From Nitrospirota bacterium (lineage in GTDB: Bacteria; Nitrospirota; Nitrospiria; Nitrospirales; NS-4), in NCBI GenBank assembly GCA_963788195.1, contig CAWBGA010000013.1, positions 64,001-128,000 of the forward strand: a stretch of DNA of 64,000 bases, given 5' to 3'. Both the position numbers and the translations under genes were made by a program. This document shows, in pieces, positions 42,815 through 53,477 of this stretch. The notes under the pieces are model-generated. The model was not told the DNA's origin. It did not search any database and was given only the letters and a program-made list of their open reading frames with translations. The number at the start of each line of letters is the position of its first letter. Within the stretch, counting starts at the first letter, position 1.

Positions 42815-43628
42815 AATGGAGGGCCTGACGCGCGTACGCGAAGTCCGGGTGACGACGCCCTTCGGCCGACCCTCTGACGCGATGATTGTCGGTGACCTCG
42901 AAGGGGTGCGGGTCGCTTTTCTCTCGCGCCACGGGCGCGGGCACCGGGTGTCCCCGTCGGAGATCAACTACCGCGCGAACATATACGCTCTCAAGAAAAT
43001 CGGCGTTGAGCGTGTCATTTCAGTGAGCGCGGTCGGAAGCATGAAGGAGTCGCTTCAACCGGGCGAGGTCGTGATTCCCGATCAGTTTGTGGATCACACG
43101 AAGCGGCGCGTCAGCACCTTTTTTGAAGGCGGGATCGTTGCGCATGTCGCCCTGGCGGATCCAGTCTGTCCGGACGTCGCTAAGAAGCTTGAGGTGGCCG
43201 TTCGTGACAGCGGCGGAACAGTGCACAGCGGCGGCACTTATCTGTGCATTGAGGGTCCCCAATTTTCGACCCGCGCCGAGTCGTTCCTCTACCGGCAGTG
43301 GGGCGTCGATGTCATCGGAATGACGAACCTTCCTGAAGCAAAACTCGCGCGGGAGGCCGAATTGTGCTATGCCACAATGGCGTTAGTAACAGATTATGAC
43401 TGCTGGCATGCGGCTCATGAGGCAGTCACCGTGGAAGGAATCATTGCGACGCTCAACCGAAATGTCGCGCTTTCCCGGTTGGTCATCCGCACCGTTCTGC
43501 CGTCTCTCATGGGCGCCCGGCCGTGCATGTGCGCCAGCGCGTTGGCTTCCGCTGTGATTACCTCCAAGGTCGCCCCGGGGGTGCGCCGGCGGTTGCATCT
43601 GCTGCTCGGTCAGAGGGCGAAAACGTGA
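42750..43628 (+). CDS. mtnP: S-methyl-5'-thioadenosine phosphorylase
   Basis: GVIGGSGLY, LSRHGRGH, EGPQFSTRAES and VTDYDCW motifs. Confidence 0.93.
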   Translation: MMRSKPQSRPTIGVIGGSGLYEMEGLTRVREVRVTTPFGRPSDAMIVGDLEGVRVAFLSRHGRGHRVSPSEINYRANIYALKKIGVERVISVSAVGSMKESLQPGEVVIPDQFVDHTKRRVSTFFEGGIVAHVALADPVCPDVAKKLEVAVRDSGGTVHSGGTYLCIEGPQFSTRAESFLYRQWGVDVIGMTNLPEAKLAREAELCYATMALVTDYDCWHAAHEAVTVEGIIATLNRNVALSRLVIRTVLPSLMGARPCMCASALASAVITSKVAPGVRRRLHLLLGQRAKT

Positions 43629-43649
43629 CATACACAGGATCCCAAAAGA

Positions 43650-44591
43650 ATGACACAGAAGTCCGGAAACGTTGGTCCCAAGAAGTTACTGGTTGTCGGC
43701 TCGGTCGCGCTTGACAGCGTGAAGACCCCTTTCGGTGAGGTAAAAGAGGTGTTAGGCGGCTCCGCCGCCTTTTTTGCCACGGCCGCGAGTTTCTTTACAG
43801 AGGTCAGTGTGATTGCGGTAGTGGGTCAGGATTTCCCGGAGCTGCACCTGACGTTTCTTCGCGAGAAGGGCATCGATCTGACCGGGCTGGAACGTCAATC
43901 GGGGAAGACGTTTCGCTGGCGGGGGGAATACTCTTATCAACTCAATGAAGCCAAAACCCTGGAGACTCAACTCAACGTGTTCGAAACTTTTCGGCCGGAG
44001 GTGCCCGCCAGCCACCGATCACCAGGGATGCTGTTTCTGGCCAACATCGATCCGGAGTTGCAGCGAAGCGTCCTTGAGCAGGTGGAGCGGCCGAGACTCG
44101 TGGCGTGCGATACCATGAATTTCTGGATCGACGGGAAGCGCGATGCGCTGATGCGCCTCTTGAAAGACGTCGATGTGCTCGTGATCAACGACGGGGAGGC
44201 CCGGGCATTGGGTCAACACGCGAACCTGGTCGCCGTGGCCCGCAAGATTCTCGCGGCCGGCCCGAAGACGTTGATCATTAAGCGCGGGGAATATGGCGTC
44301 CTGATGTTTACCGGTGACCGTATCTTTGCCATGCCGGCCTTTCCGCTCGAGGAGGCAAAAGATCCGACCGGCGCCGGGGACTGTTTTGCGGGGGGATTCA
44401 TGGGTTACCTGGCGAATACCGGTAATATCAGTGAGGATGCTCTACGGCGCGCCGTCGTTTACGGGAGCGTCATGGCGTCGTTCGCAGTGGAGGCCTTCAG
44501 CCTGGACCGGCTACGGGTGTTGGACTACAAAGACATTGAGGGCCGCTTTGCGGTGTTCAAACAGATGACGGTCTTTGAGGAGCTAGGATGA
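43650..44591 (+). CDS. PfkB-family carbohydrate/nucleoside kinase
   Basis: VGSVALD, LGGSA and DPTGAGDCFAGG motifs. Confidence 0.92.
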   Translation: MTQKSGNVGPKKLLVVGSVALDSVKTPFGEVKEVLGGSAAFFATAASFFTEVSVIAVVGQDFPELHLTFLREKGIDLTGLERQSGKTFRWRGEYSYQLNEAKTLETQLNVFETFRPEVPASHRSPGMLFLANIDPELQRSVLEQVERPRLVACDTMNFWIDGKRDALMRLLKDVDVLVINDGEARALGQHANLVAVARKILAAGPKTLIIKRGEYGVLMFTGDRIFAMPAFPLEEAKDPTGAGDCFAGGFMGYLANTGNISEDALRRAVVYGSVMASFAVEAFSLDRLRVLDYKDIEGRFAVFKQMTVFEELG

Positions 44592-45274
44592 GACGACAAG
44601 AGGCACAGATCACCCGGTTTCGCCATCGCTTCCTGATAGGTTCTCTCGCGGTCATTTTGCTCACAGGCTGCACGGCCTCGCAGGAGAGCCGAAAGCGCGT
44701 GAGTGAATCCGACGGGCATTACAAGGAAGGCGTCTCTTTTCTGCAGACGGATCAGCAGCGGGCGTTCGTTTCGCTTCACAAAGCCATCGAGCTGAATCCG
44801 GACAACTTCGAGGCGCACTACACACTGGGAAGCGTTTACTTTCAACGCAAAGAACTTCAGGAAGCGGAGCGGGAATTCCGCACGGCCACTGAGCTAAACC
44901 CCAAAAGCGGCGAAGCATTCAATTACCTGGGCCGCACGTTATTGCTGCAGGGCCGATGGAGTGAGGCGACCGAGGCGCTCAAAACGGCGACGATGCTCCC
45001 GCTCTACCCGACCCCGGATATCGCCTTCACGGATCTTGGCTGGGTGCTTGAGAAGCAAGGAGATCTGGACGGCGCTGTTGCAGCGTACGAGAGTGCTCTT
45101 AGAACCGACCCTCCAAACATTCCGCGCTCGTATATTCATCTCTGGATTGGGCGGTTGTACATGAAACAGGGGAATGTCCCGAAGGCTCGAGGCGCTCTAT
45201 CACAAGCAAAGTCTCTGGACCCCAACGGAGCTGTGGGAGCAGAGGCCAGCCGCCTTATGCAGCAGCTAAAGTGA
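44588..45274 (+). CDS. TPR lipoprotein (PilF/PilW pilotin-like)
   Basis: Lipobox LTGC, TPR repeats, LYPTP motif; upstream of rodZ. Confidence 0.75.
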   Translation: MRRQEAQITRFRHRFLIGSLAVILLTGCTASQESRKRVSESDGHYKEGVSFLQTDQQRAFVSLHKAIELNPDNFEAHYTLGSVYFQRKELQEAEREFRTATELNPKSGEAFNYLGRTLLLQGRWSEATEALKTATMLPLYPTPDIAFTDLGWVLEKQGDLDGAVAAYESALRTDPPNIPRSYIHLWIGRLYMKQGNVPKARGALSQAKSLDPNGAVGAEASRLMQQLK

Positions 45275-45325
45275 TCGCGGTGGTTCGGAGCGAGACCTGC
45301 ATATCTAGCGATTAAAGGACGAATC

Positions 45326-46162
45326 GTGGCGGAATCATTAGGACAGTATTTTAGACGGGCCCGAGAGCACAAGGGGTGGACCTTGGAAGAAGCGGCCGTG
45401 AAGACCCGCATTCTGTCCCCCTTCCTTAAAGCCGTCGAAGAAGACAACTATGAGCAGCTTCCGGCGGAGGTGTTCGCCAAGGGTTTTGTCCGTTCTTATG
45501 GCCAATTGCTCGGGCTTCCCGACATGGAGGTCCTGGCGAAATTCGAGGAGTCCGGTGGCCAGTTCTACGCGAAACGGGACGAGCGCGAACAACTCAAGCT
45601 GCAGATCCGGGAAGAGGTACGGCGCAAGAAAACCAACAAGTTCATTGTGGCCGGAATCGTGGGCCTCGCGCTCATCGCCATCCTTATCGCGACAGGAATG
45701 AATCGTGAAGGTGCGCGTCATGTGCCGGCGTTGCCGACAGAACCTGCCGCGTCCCGCCAAAAGTCCGCTGACTCGGCGCTTCCCAGTCAGCCGACGCCGG
45801 CTCCTTTCGAATCGGCCGCGCAGTCCCAGAGCCCCGAGAGCGAGCCTTCGGTGCCTGTTCCGATCGAGGTCGAAGGGAACTTTTCATCGGGGCTCCCGCT
45901 GGAAGGGATTTTGCCGGTTGCCACTAAGCTTGTACTGGAAGTTGAAGCGGTGGAACGCGCGTGGGTTCTGGTACAGGCCGATCATGATCCCGCTCAAGAG
46001 GTGATGTTAGCACCAGGGGAACGCGTGCGTTGGAGCGCCGATCAGAGGCTCAAGCTGACATTGGGGAATGCGGGCGGCGTGCGAATTTCACTGAACGGCA
46101 AGCTTCAGGGACCCTACGGCGGCAGTGGGAAGGTCATCAAGGACCTCACCTTCACCCGGTGA
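45326..46162 (+). CDS. rodZ: RodZ cell-shape protein
   Basis: HTH_25 N-terminus (FAKGFVRSY), TM, C-terminal LGNAGGV..LNG (DUF4115). Confidence 0.88.
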   Translation: MAESLGQYFRRAREHKGWTLEEAAVKTRILSPFLKAVEEDNYEQLPAEVFAKGFVRSYGQLLGLPDMEVLAKFEESGGQFYAKRDEREQLKLQIREEVRRKKTNKFIVAGIVGLALIAILIATGMNREGARHVPALPTEPAASRQKSADSALPSQPTPAPFESAAQSQSPESEPSVPVPIEVEGNFSSGLPLEGILPVATKLVLEVEAVERAWVLVQADHDPAQEVMLAPGERVRWSADQRLKLTLGNAGGVRISLNGKLQGPYGGSGKVIKDLTFTR

Positions 46163-46578
46163 TGATTGAGAGAGCAACGCTCGTGGCAAGAGCGCGGGAG
46201 GCGATGGCCATGGCATTCGCTCCCTCGTCAAAGTTCCAGGTCGGCGCGGCTCTGCTCTGCAAAGATGGATCAGTCTTTACGGGTTGCAATATCGAAAGTC
46301 CCACCTATCTCGGCATCTGCGCCGAGCGGGTTGCCCTGTTCAAGGCGGTTTCCGAGGGGCAGCGCGACTTTGAGAAGATCGCCATCGTGTGCGGCACCAA
46401 CGGCGCCTGTTCGCCCTGCGGGGCGTGTCGCCAACTCCTCTGGGAGTTCGGACCGAATCTGGAAATTATCCTGGACGACGGCAGCGGCGAGCTCGTGCTT
46501 CGCCGCATTACCGACTACTTCCCTGAGCCCTTCGATCGCAACAAACTCGATCCGACGAGAAGGCCCCCCTTGGTGTAG
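46162..46578 (+). CDS. cdd: Cytidine deaminase
   Basis: F.VGAAL, GCNIE, CAER and PCGACRQ motifs. Confidence 0.92.
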   Translation: MIERATLVARAREAMAMAFAPSSKFQVGAALLCKDGSVFTGCNIESPTYLGICAERVALFKAVSEGQRDFEKIAIVCGTNGACSPCGACRQLLWEFGPNLEIILDDGSGELVLRRITDYFPEPFDRNKLDPTRRPPLV

Positions 46579-46701
46579 CCGCTAACTCTATAGTAATGTT
46601 CCTGTGTTTTCTTCAATGTCTTCTCTACCCCTCTGCACCCAGCCGCCAGCTCTCCGTAGGCCTAATATCAGCGTGGAATGGCGGTTATGTTCTTGGTTTG
46701 C

Positions 46702-46730
46702 TTGACCTGTTGACGGTCAACACGTAGAAT
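46702..46730 (+). promoter_or_regulatory. Sigma70 promoter with operator palindrome in the spacer (RND operon)
   Basis: TTGACC-N17-TAGAAT; the spacer contains TGTTGAC-G-GTCAACA. Confidence 0.7.
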
Positions 46731-46738
46731 TTTCGCGA

Positions 46739-49700
46739 ATGGTTCGCGCCTCACTTAAGAATCCTTACGCAGTCGTCGCCATCTGTCTGATTGTTGTGCT
46801 CCTCGGCATCGTCTCATATCAAAAGATGGTCGTGGACATCTTTCCGGAGATCAACACACCCGTCGTCGCGGTCGCCACTTTTTATAAAGGGATGGGACCA
46901 TCCGAAATCGAAGGCGCTATTACACTGAGGCTCGAGCAACTCTATCTGCAAGCTTCGTATGTCGAGCACATTGAATCCCGCTCGCTGCCCGGCATCAGCC
47001 TCATCAAGATCTACTTCCATCCGGATTATGACGTCAATGCCGGGGTTGCGGAGGTCACGAGCCTGACCTATTCTGCGCTGCGATTTCTCCCGAAAGGCAT
47101 GTTCCCGCCAACGATCATCAAGTTCGGCGCCTCGAGCCTGCCTATCGCCCAATTGACCGTCAGCAGCCCGACGCTGAGCGAAAAAGAGGTCCGCGATATC
47201 GCGTACTTTACGGTTCGTCCGCAGCTTGCGACTGTCGCGGGAGCCGCCCCACTCCCTCCGGTCGGCGGCACCATCCGCCAAATCACGGTTTTTCTGGACC
47301 GGGAAAAGATGATGGCGCGGGGCGTATCAGCAGCGGACGTGGTGAAAGCGGTGAATGCTGAGAACGTGCTGATTCCAGCGGGGAATGTGAAGATCGGTGA
47401 CTTCGACTATAACGTCTTCAGCAACAGCATGGTGCCGCTCGTCGCTGGTCTTAATGACATCCCTATTAAACTGGTGAACGGCGTCCCGATGTTCCTTCGC
47501 GATGTGGGCACGGCGGCGGATTCATACTCAGTGCAAACGAATGCCGTTCGGGTGAACGGCCATCGGGCGGTCTATATCCCGATTCTCAAGCAGGCGGGCG
47601 CCAACACAATCGCGGTCATCGATGGCATCAAAGCAGCCGTGCAGGGGTTGGCGGGGTTACCGCAGGATGCAGAGGTCAAGCTGATCTTCGACCAGTCGTT
47701 GTACATTCGCAACGCAATCGCCACGTTGGAGCATGAGGGGCTTCTCGGGGCGGGCCTTGCCTGCCTCATGATTCTATTGTTTCTAGGGAGCCTTCGCTCG
47801 ATGTTGATCATCGGGCTGGCGATCCCGCTCTCGATTGCGACCGCGTTCGTGCTGCTCTATTTCACCGGTCACAGCATCAATATTATGACGCTCAGCGGAT
47901 TGGCGCTTGCCGTCGGCACGCTCGTGGACAACTCCATTGTGGTGCTGGAGAATATCCACCGGCATATGGAGATGGGAAAATCGCCGTTACAAGCAGCAGC
48001 CGACGGCGCCTCAGAAGTCGCTCTGCCCATGCTGGTCATTACGATCAGCATCTTGATTGTGTATCTGCCGATTATGTTTTTCACCGGAATCATTAAATTC
48101 CTGTTTGTGCCGCTGTCACTCGCCCTCGCCTATGCTATGGGAGCCTCGTACATTGCGTCGCTTTCTGTGGTGCCGGTTAGTATTGTGGCGTTCGAAAAGC
48201 CGGTTCGGCATGATAGAGGAGAAGCCTCCCCGCAACGGCTCACCGGATTCAAACTCTGGCTGGCGGGTTGGAGAGGCTTGAATCTTTTTGAGCGGGTGGT
48301 CGAGCGGTATGTACAGGTTTTGCGCTGGACGTTGGGCCACAAGGGCCTGGTTGTCATGGGGGTCGCGATCGTGCTCGTCGGATCTCTCGCCATGGCGCCT
48401 TTGCTTAGCACCGAGTTCTTTCCGAAGGTGGACGCCGGGCAGTTTGTCCTGGCCGTGTCCGCCCCGGAGGGTACACGGTTGGAGAAGACCGAGGCCATGA
48501 TCGGGAAGATCGAAGAACTGATCAGGCGGCGTATCCCACCTGGTGAGCTTGACCAGATTCTTGCCGATATCGGCATCCGTCGCGGATGGATCGCGCTCTA
48601 TTCACCCAATCCAGGGCCGCATGCGTCGGTCATTCTTGTCAGTTTGACGCGGGGACACCGCGTGAGCAGCTGGGAGTATATCGATCGCATCCGCGAAGAC
48701 CTGCAGAAGGAATTTTCCGGGATCAAGTTTGCGTTTCAGACGGGGGGAATCGTAAGTGACGTATTGAACTTTGGTCTCCCCGCGCCTATCGACATCAAGA
48801 TCAGCGGGGCGAAATTGGCGGAACTGCATGAGACTGCGGACAAAGTCCGCGATTTGGTCGCGTCGGTGTCGGGCACCATCGATGTCCGTGTGCACCAGGG
48901 GATGGACAGTCCCGAGCTGCATCTCAACGTAGATCGAACCAAGGCTGCGTACCTAGGAATGACCCAGCAACAGGTCATGATGGATGTGACCACCAGTCTC
49001 ACGTCAAATCTCAGCGGTGATCCAGGCTACTGGATCGATCCGAAGTCCAACAACGCCTATTTCGTTGTGGCCCAATACCCCGAGCAGGATCTGGTGCGCT
49101 TTGAAGATTTTATGGATATGCCGTTGATCGGAGCCAGGATCCAAGACCCGGGGAGCGTGGGGATTGGGGGAAATCAGTTGCGTGGCGCGGCATTGGGCCT
49201 TCAAAACACCCCCTACGCGGGCTCGGCACTATTGCCCGCCGGCGGAAATTTCGGCGCCGATGGCGTGAGCCGTGGGCCTGCGATCCTCCTAAAGGATCTG
49301 GTGGAAGTAGTGAGAAAGACCGGTCCCGAAGAGATCGCTCACTATAATCTCCAGCCGACCATGGATGTGCTTGCGAGCGTACCGGGTAATGATTTGGGAC
49401 GCGTGGCTCGGGGAATTAGTGAGCGAATAAAAGGACTAGACTTGCCGAAAGGGGTCACAGTCGTAGTCCACGGCGAAGCGAATAGCATGCGGAATGCCAT
49501 TACAAGCTTTGCGCTGACGCTTCCAATTGCGACCCTACTCGTGTATCTTGTCATGGTAGGATTATTCCGCTCCTTTTTGGACCCCTTTCTCATTCTGTCC
49601 GCGGTCCCGCTGGGCTTTATCGGCGTGATCTGGATGCTGTTTCTCACGAAGACGTCGGTGAACGTCGAGTCCATGATCGGAACCCTCATGATGATCGGCA

Positions 49701-50008
49701 TCGTGGTCTCTAATAGTGTGCTACTGGTGGACTTTGCCAACCGCCTTCGCGGGGAAGGCCTCTCCGCGGAAGAAGCGGTGCTGCAGGCAGGCCGGATCCG
49801 CATGCGCCCGATCATTATGACCGCTTTGGCTGCCTCCCTAGGACTCCTGCCCATGGCGTTGGGGTTCGGAGAGGGCGCTGAAGCGAACATCCCCTTGGCA
49901 CGTGCGGTCATCGGCGGACTGATGGTGTCAACCGTCATGACCCTGGTCGTGGTGCCGATTCTGTATACCCTCTTCAGCAAACGTCGTCCGGTTGATGCAG
50001 CCGCCTGA
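46739..50008 (+). CDS. RND efflux permease (AcrB/CusA superfamily)
   Basis: VDIFP, INIMTLSGLALAVG.LVDNSIVVLENI and RMRPIIMTA motifs. Confidence 0.95.
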   Translation: MVRASLKNPYAVVAICLIVVLLGIVSYQKMVVDIFPEINTPVVAVATFYKGMGPSEIEGAITLRLEQLYLQASYVEHIESRSLPGISLIKIYFHPDYDVNAGVAEVTSLTYSALRFLPKGMFPPTIIKFGASSLPIAQLTVSSPTLSEKEVRDIAYFTVRPQLATVAGAAPLPPVGGTIRQITVFLDREKMMARGVSAADVVKAVNAENVLIPAGNVKIGDFDYNVFSNSMVPLVAGLNDIPIKLVNGVPMFLRDVGTAADSYSVQTNAVRVNGHRAVYIPILKQAGANTIAVIDGIKAAVQGLAGLPQDAEVKLIFDQSLYIRNAIATLEHEGLLGAGLACLMILLFLGSLRSMLIIGLAIPLSIATAFVLLYFTGHSINIMTLSGLALAVGTLVDNSIVVLENIHRHMEMGKSPLQAAADGASEVALPMLVITISILIVYLPIMFFTGIIKFLFVPLSLALAYAMGASYIASLSVVPVSIVAFEKPVRHDRGEASPQRLTGFKLWLAGWRGLNLFERVVERYVQVLRWTLGHKGLVVMGVAIVLVGSLAMAPLLSTEFFPKVDAGQFVLAVSAPEGTRLEKTEAMIGKIEELIRRRIPPGELDQILADIGIRRGWIALYSPNPGPHASVILVSLTRGHRVSSWEYIDRIREDLQKEFSGIKFAFQTGGIVSDVLNFGLPAPIDIKISGAKLAELHETADKVRDLVASVSGTIDVRVHQGMDSPELHLNVDRTKAAYLGMTQQQVMMDVTTSLTSNLSGDPGYWIDPKSNNAYFVVAQYPEQDLVRFEDFMDMPLIGARIQDPGSVGIGGNQLRGAALGLQNTPYAGSALLPAGGNFGADGVSRGPAILLKDLVEVVRKTGPEEIAHYNLQPTMDVLASVPGNDLGRVARGISERIKGLDLPKGVTVVVHGEANSMRNAITSFALTLPIATLLVYLVMVGLFRSFLDPFLILSAVPLGFIGVIWMLFLTKTSVNVESMIGTLMMIGIVVSNSVLLVDFANRLRGEGLSAEEAVLQAGRIRMRPIIMTALAASLGLLPMALGFGEGAEANIPLARAVIGGLMVSTVMTLVVVPILYTLFSKRRPVDAAA

Positions 50009-50035
50009 GCCCATGAGAGGAGGGGTCTGCCTACA

Positions 50036-51223
50036 ATGAAAATGGGGAGCGATGGTTCACCAAGGCGGCCGCGCAAGGTCGTCGTCGCCGTGGCATTGGC
50101 GGCCCTGACGCTCGGCGCCGTATATGTCTTGACCATCGTCACAAGGGCTCCGTACGCGGTCACTGCAACCGACGGGACGTCATCGACAGGGGATGAACCA
50201 AGACCGTCCGGTCAGCCGAACGCCGTAGGAGTGCAAGTGCTTAAGCCGGAACGACGGGACCTCATTTATTCAGTGCGGCTCCCCGCCACTCTGTCCCCGA
50301 TCGCTCAAGTCACCATCTATGCAAAGGTGTCGGGCTATCTCAAGAGCATCTATGTCGATAAAGGCGACACGGTTCGCGTTGGACAACTCCTGGCGGTCAT
50401 CGATGACCCCGAGCTGGGGCAAAAATTCCAACAGGCGAAGTCGGACTATGCACTTAAGAAACTCACGTATGATCGGCTGGCCAACGTGCGAAAAGAGAAC
50501 AAGGACGTGATCGCCCAACAGGATGTGGATGTCTCGGAAGGCGCCTACCTGCGCGCGAAACATGCATTGGAGGAATTGCAGAGCACCCTTGCGTACACCA
50601 ACGTCCGCGCGCCCTTCGGTGGCGTCATCACCGCCCGTTTTGCAGATGCCGGCGCCCTTGTTCAGGCCGCCACGAGTTCCGCGACTCAGGCGTTACCACT
50701 GTTTACTCTCATGAATATGAGCACGATCCGAGTCTATGCCAATGTGTCGCAAAATGACGCGGCGCTTGTGAAGCCGGGGATTCTTAGCTTCGTCTCTATT
50801 GCGCAGTTGCCCGGCCGGAGATTCGAAGGGACAGTGACTCGCACCACGGGAGCTTTGGATCCGACCACTCGAACCATGCTTGTTGAGATGCATCTGCCGA
50901 ACAAAGATGGGATGCTTCAGCCGGGAATGTTCGCAGAGGCGGTGTTGCAATTGAAGCGCCATCCGAATGCGTTGGCGCTCCCGCCGGCCGCTTTAGTGCT
51001 CGATAGCATGGGAACATCGGTGTTTGTCGTGGAAGGCGACAAGGTGAAAAAGGTCCCGATCAGGACTGGGATCGACGATGGAGTATGGGTAGAGGTCACT
51101 GAGGGTCTCACAGGGGGCGAAAATGTTGTCGTTGTCGGAAAATCACGATTGACCGACGGCACAGCTGTCGCCGCATCCCCGTACAACATCCCACCTGGAA
51201 AGTCCGCAAGCCAACAATTCTGA
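50036..51223 (+). CDS. RND membrane fusion protein
   Basis: KVSGYL...VDKGD.V, RAPFGGVIT, DPTTRTM and LQPGMF motifs. Confidence 0.92.
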   Translation: MKMGSDGSPRRPRKVVVAVALAALTLGAVYVLTIVTRAPYAVTATDGTSSTGDEPRPSGQPNAVGVQVLKPERRDLIYSVRLPATLSPIAQVTIYAKVSGYLKSIYVDKGDTVRVGQLLAVIDDPELGQKFQQAKSDYALKKLTYDRLANVRKENKDVIAQQDVDVSEGAYLRAKHALEELQSTLAYTNVRAPFGGVITARFADAGALVQAATSSATQALPLFTLMNMSTIRVYANVSQNDAALVKPGILSFVSIAQLPGRRFEGTVTRTTGALDPTTRTMLVEMHLPNKDGMLQPGMFAEAVLQLKRHPNALALPPAALVLDSMGTSVFVVEGDKVKKVPIRTGIDDGVWVEVTEGLTGGENVVVVGKSRLTDGTAVAASPYNIPPGKSASQQF

Positions 51224-51266
51224 AGCCTTCAACACTCATGTTGGTTGCGACGGCAGGAACTTCGTC

Positions 51267-52103
51267 TTGAAGATCCTGTTGGCCGTAGATAAGAGCCGGC
51301 AGGCGAAAGAGGCGGCGCGATCTGTTCGAGACTGTTTTCCAGGTTCGGAGATCGAACTCGTGCACGTGCTCGATATCGAAGCGGCTCCCCATTCTCATCT
51401 TTCCGCCGCGCTGATTGACGATGAGCACCGGAAAATCCGCTCGCGTCTGTGGGGTGACGCGAACCGATTCCTGCCGAAGTTCGTCACTCTCTTCGCTCGC
51501 ATGTCCCGAAAGGTGCGGGTCTTGGTTGGAGAGGGCCACGCCAGCGACCTCATTCTTCAAATGGCCTCCGCGTCCCCGCCGGATCTCATCGTTCTCGGCT
51601 CGCGCGGCCTGAGCAAAATGCAAGCCTTAGTGCTAGGGGCTGTCAGCTACCGGGTAGCCCAAGAAGCATCGTGTCCGGTGCTGCTCATCAAGCATGCCTT
51701 GCCGCCCGTTCCGAAAATCCTGCTTGCTGTCGACGGCTCCAAAGGAGCGGAGCGGGCGCTAGGGTATCTCGCCGTTTCGTCGCTATTTCCGTCTTCTCAC
51801 GTGGTCGTTCTGGCAGTCGGCCCGCCTAGCTCAGAGCTTCAGGAGTATATGAGCGGGGTCGTATCGGCTCTCGCCTCACGCCGCTCCGCCGTCGATGCCC
51901 GCATGTTGCAAGGTGATCCGGCTGCGATGATTCTGGAGTGCGCGCGCGATGAGGGCATCGATCTCATTATCACAGGTTCACGCAATCGGCGAGGCTGGCT
52001 ACAGACATGGATATTGAGCATTTCACGAAAGATTATCCTACAAGCGCCGATTTCGGTGCTCATCGTGCACGGTCCGGATGCTAAGGAGGAAGACGCCGAA
52101 TGA
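51267..52103 (+). CDS. Tandem-domain universal stress protein
   Basis: KILLAVD x2, GSRG...LGAVS..V...CPVL. Confidence 0.9.
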   Translation: MKILLAVDKSRQAKEAARSVRDCFPGSEIELVHVLDIEAAPHSHLSAALIDDEHRKIRSRLWGDANRFLPKFVTLFARMSRKVRVLVGEGHASDLILQMASASPPDLIVLGSRGLSKMQALVLGAVSYRVAQEASCPVLLIKHALPPVPKILLAVDGSKGAERALGYLAVSSLFPSSHVVVLAVGPPSSELQEYMSGVVSALASRRSAVDARMLQGDPAAMILECARDEGIDLIITGSRNRRGWLQTWILSISRKIILQAPISVLIVHGPDAKEEDAE

Positions 52104-53422
52104 GACATATTGTGACGGCCATGCTATTGACGACTGCATTCTTGCCGTGGAATCAAATTGTTTTCGGGCAGCCGGCGAATAGCGGTGCTCAATCGACACG
52201 CCTCACCCTTGGGGAGGCGATCCGTACCGCGCTTGAAAACCACCCGTTGCTCCACTCCTCTGAGTTTGCCGTGCAGTCTGCAGAGGCGCGAGTGAAGCAA
52301 GCGCAATCGACGTATTACCCTCAGGTCGGGGGGGCGGGGATACAAACCAATGGCTCACTCCGTAGCAATGCCTTCCTGAGGCCTTCGGGATCATTGATCC
52401 AACCCAATCAAAGCGATATGACGGTGGGCGTGACCGCGAGTCAACTGCTTTATGACTTCGGGCAGACGAAGTATCGAGTCGAATCGCAACGAGCCGATAG
52501 TGCAAGGATAGTGAAGGAAGCCGTTGCTCGCCGCGCCGATGTGGTCCTCGGCGTTGAGCGAAGTTATCTCTCGGTCCTGAAACGCAAGCGGTTGGTTCAG
52601 ATCGCGGACCAGACGGTGCGTGAGCGTGAAACGATCAAGCAGCAAGTCGACACGTTGTATCGAAATGAAATCAAATCCAAGCTGGATCTCGGTCTGGTGC
52701 AGGTGCAATTGTCGGATGCCGAGTTTGCAGTGATCCAGGCGCGCAATGATTTGAGCTCGGCATACGCCGGGTTAAACCATGCCATGGGTATCGAAGGTGT
52801 CCCGTCATATGAATTGGAGGATGTTTCCGTCGAGGTGACACGGCCGGACCTCCTCGACTCACTGTTGTCCGAAGCGCAGGCTCGGCGCCCCGAGTTGCTT
52901 GCCCTGAAAGAGCGTGTGCGGACCGCGGAAAATCGCATCAAAGCGGCGAGCAGTCAACACTATCCCGTTCTTCAAGCCGTCGGAAGTGCAGGAAATACCG
53001 AGCACATCTCTGAGCGGCCGCATCTTCAAGAGGGCGGCTGGTGGGGCGCAGGAGCAATCGTATCAGTCCCGTTCTTTACCGGCTTTCTGATTCAAAACCA
53101 GGTCGCCGAGGCCACCACGCAGAAACGGGAGGCCGAGAGCATCTATCTGGCGCTCCTTCAAGATATCCAGTTACAAGTTAAGGAGAACTTCCTCGCCGTT
53201 GTCACCTTGCTTCAGCAGGTCAAAGTGGCGCAACAGCAAGTGACGATTGGCCGCGAAGCGCTGGGGCTCGCCCGCCAGCGTTACAAGCTGGGCTTAAGCT
53301 CGATTGTCGAGGTGACGCAAAGCGAGGTTGCCGTAACGGCGGCGGAGACTCGTCTTGCCGAGACCCAGTACAACGCGAAAATAGCCGAGGCGCAGCTACG
53401 GTATGCGGTAGGAGGCATATGA
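52100..53422 (+). CDS. TolC-family outer membrane efflux protein
   Basis: Signal peptide; ALENHP, YYP, LYDFG, RRPEL and RYKLG motifs. Confidence 0.92.
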   Translation: MRHIVTAMLLTTAFLPWNQIVFGQPANSGAQSTRLTLGEAIRTALENHPLLHSSEFAVQSAEARVKQAQSTYYPQVGGAGIQTNGSLRSNAFLRPSGSLIQPNQSDMTVGVTASQLLYDFGQTKYRVESQRADSARIVKEAVARRADVVLGVERSYLSVLKRKRLVQIADQTVRERETIKQQVDTLYRNEIKSKLDLGLVQVQLSDAEFAVIQARNDLSSAYAGLNHAMGIEGVPSYELEDVSVEVTRPDLLDSLLSEAQARRPELLALKERVRTAENRIKAASSQHYPVLQAVGSAGNTEHISERPHLQEGGWWGAGAIVSVPFFTGFLIQNQVAEATTQKREAESIYLALLQDIQLQVKENFLAVVTLLQQVKVAQQQVTIGREALGLARQRYKLGLSSIVEVTQSEVAVTAAETRLAETQYNAKIAEAQLRYAVGGI

Positions 53423-53477
53423 GAGATGCCAATCCAGCACGACCCAGCTCTATGAGCCATGGGACTATTCGAGAAAG

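Noticed and set aside
49342..50163. Long antisense ORFs (for example 49342..50163, 36033..36911, 34219..34986)
   Set aside because: Shadow frames opposite well-supported genes in GC-rich DNA.
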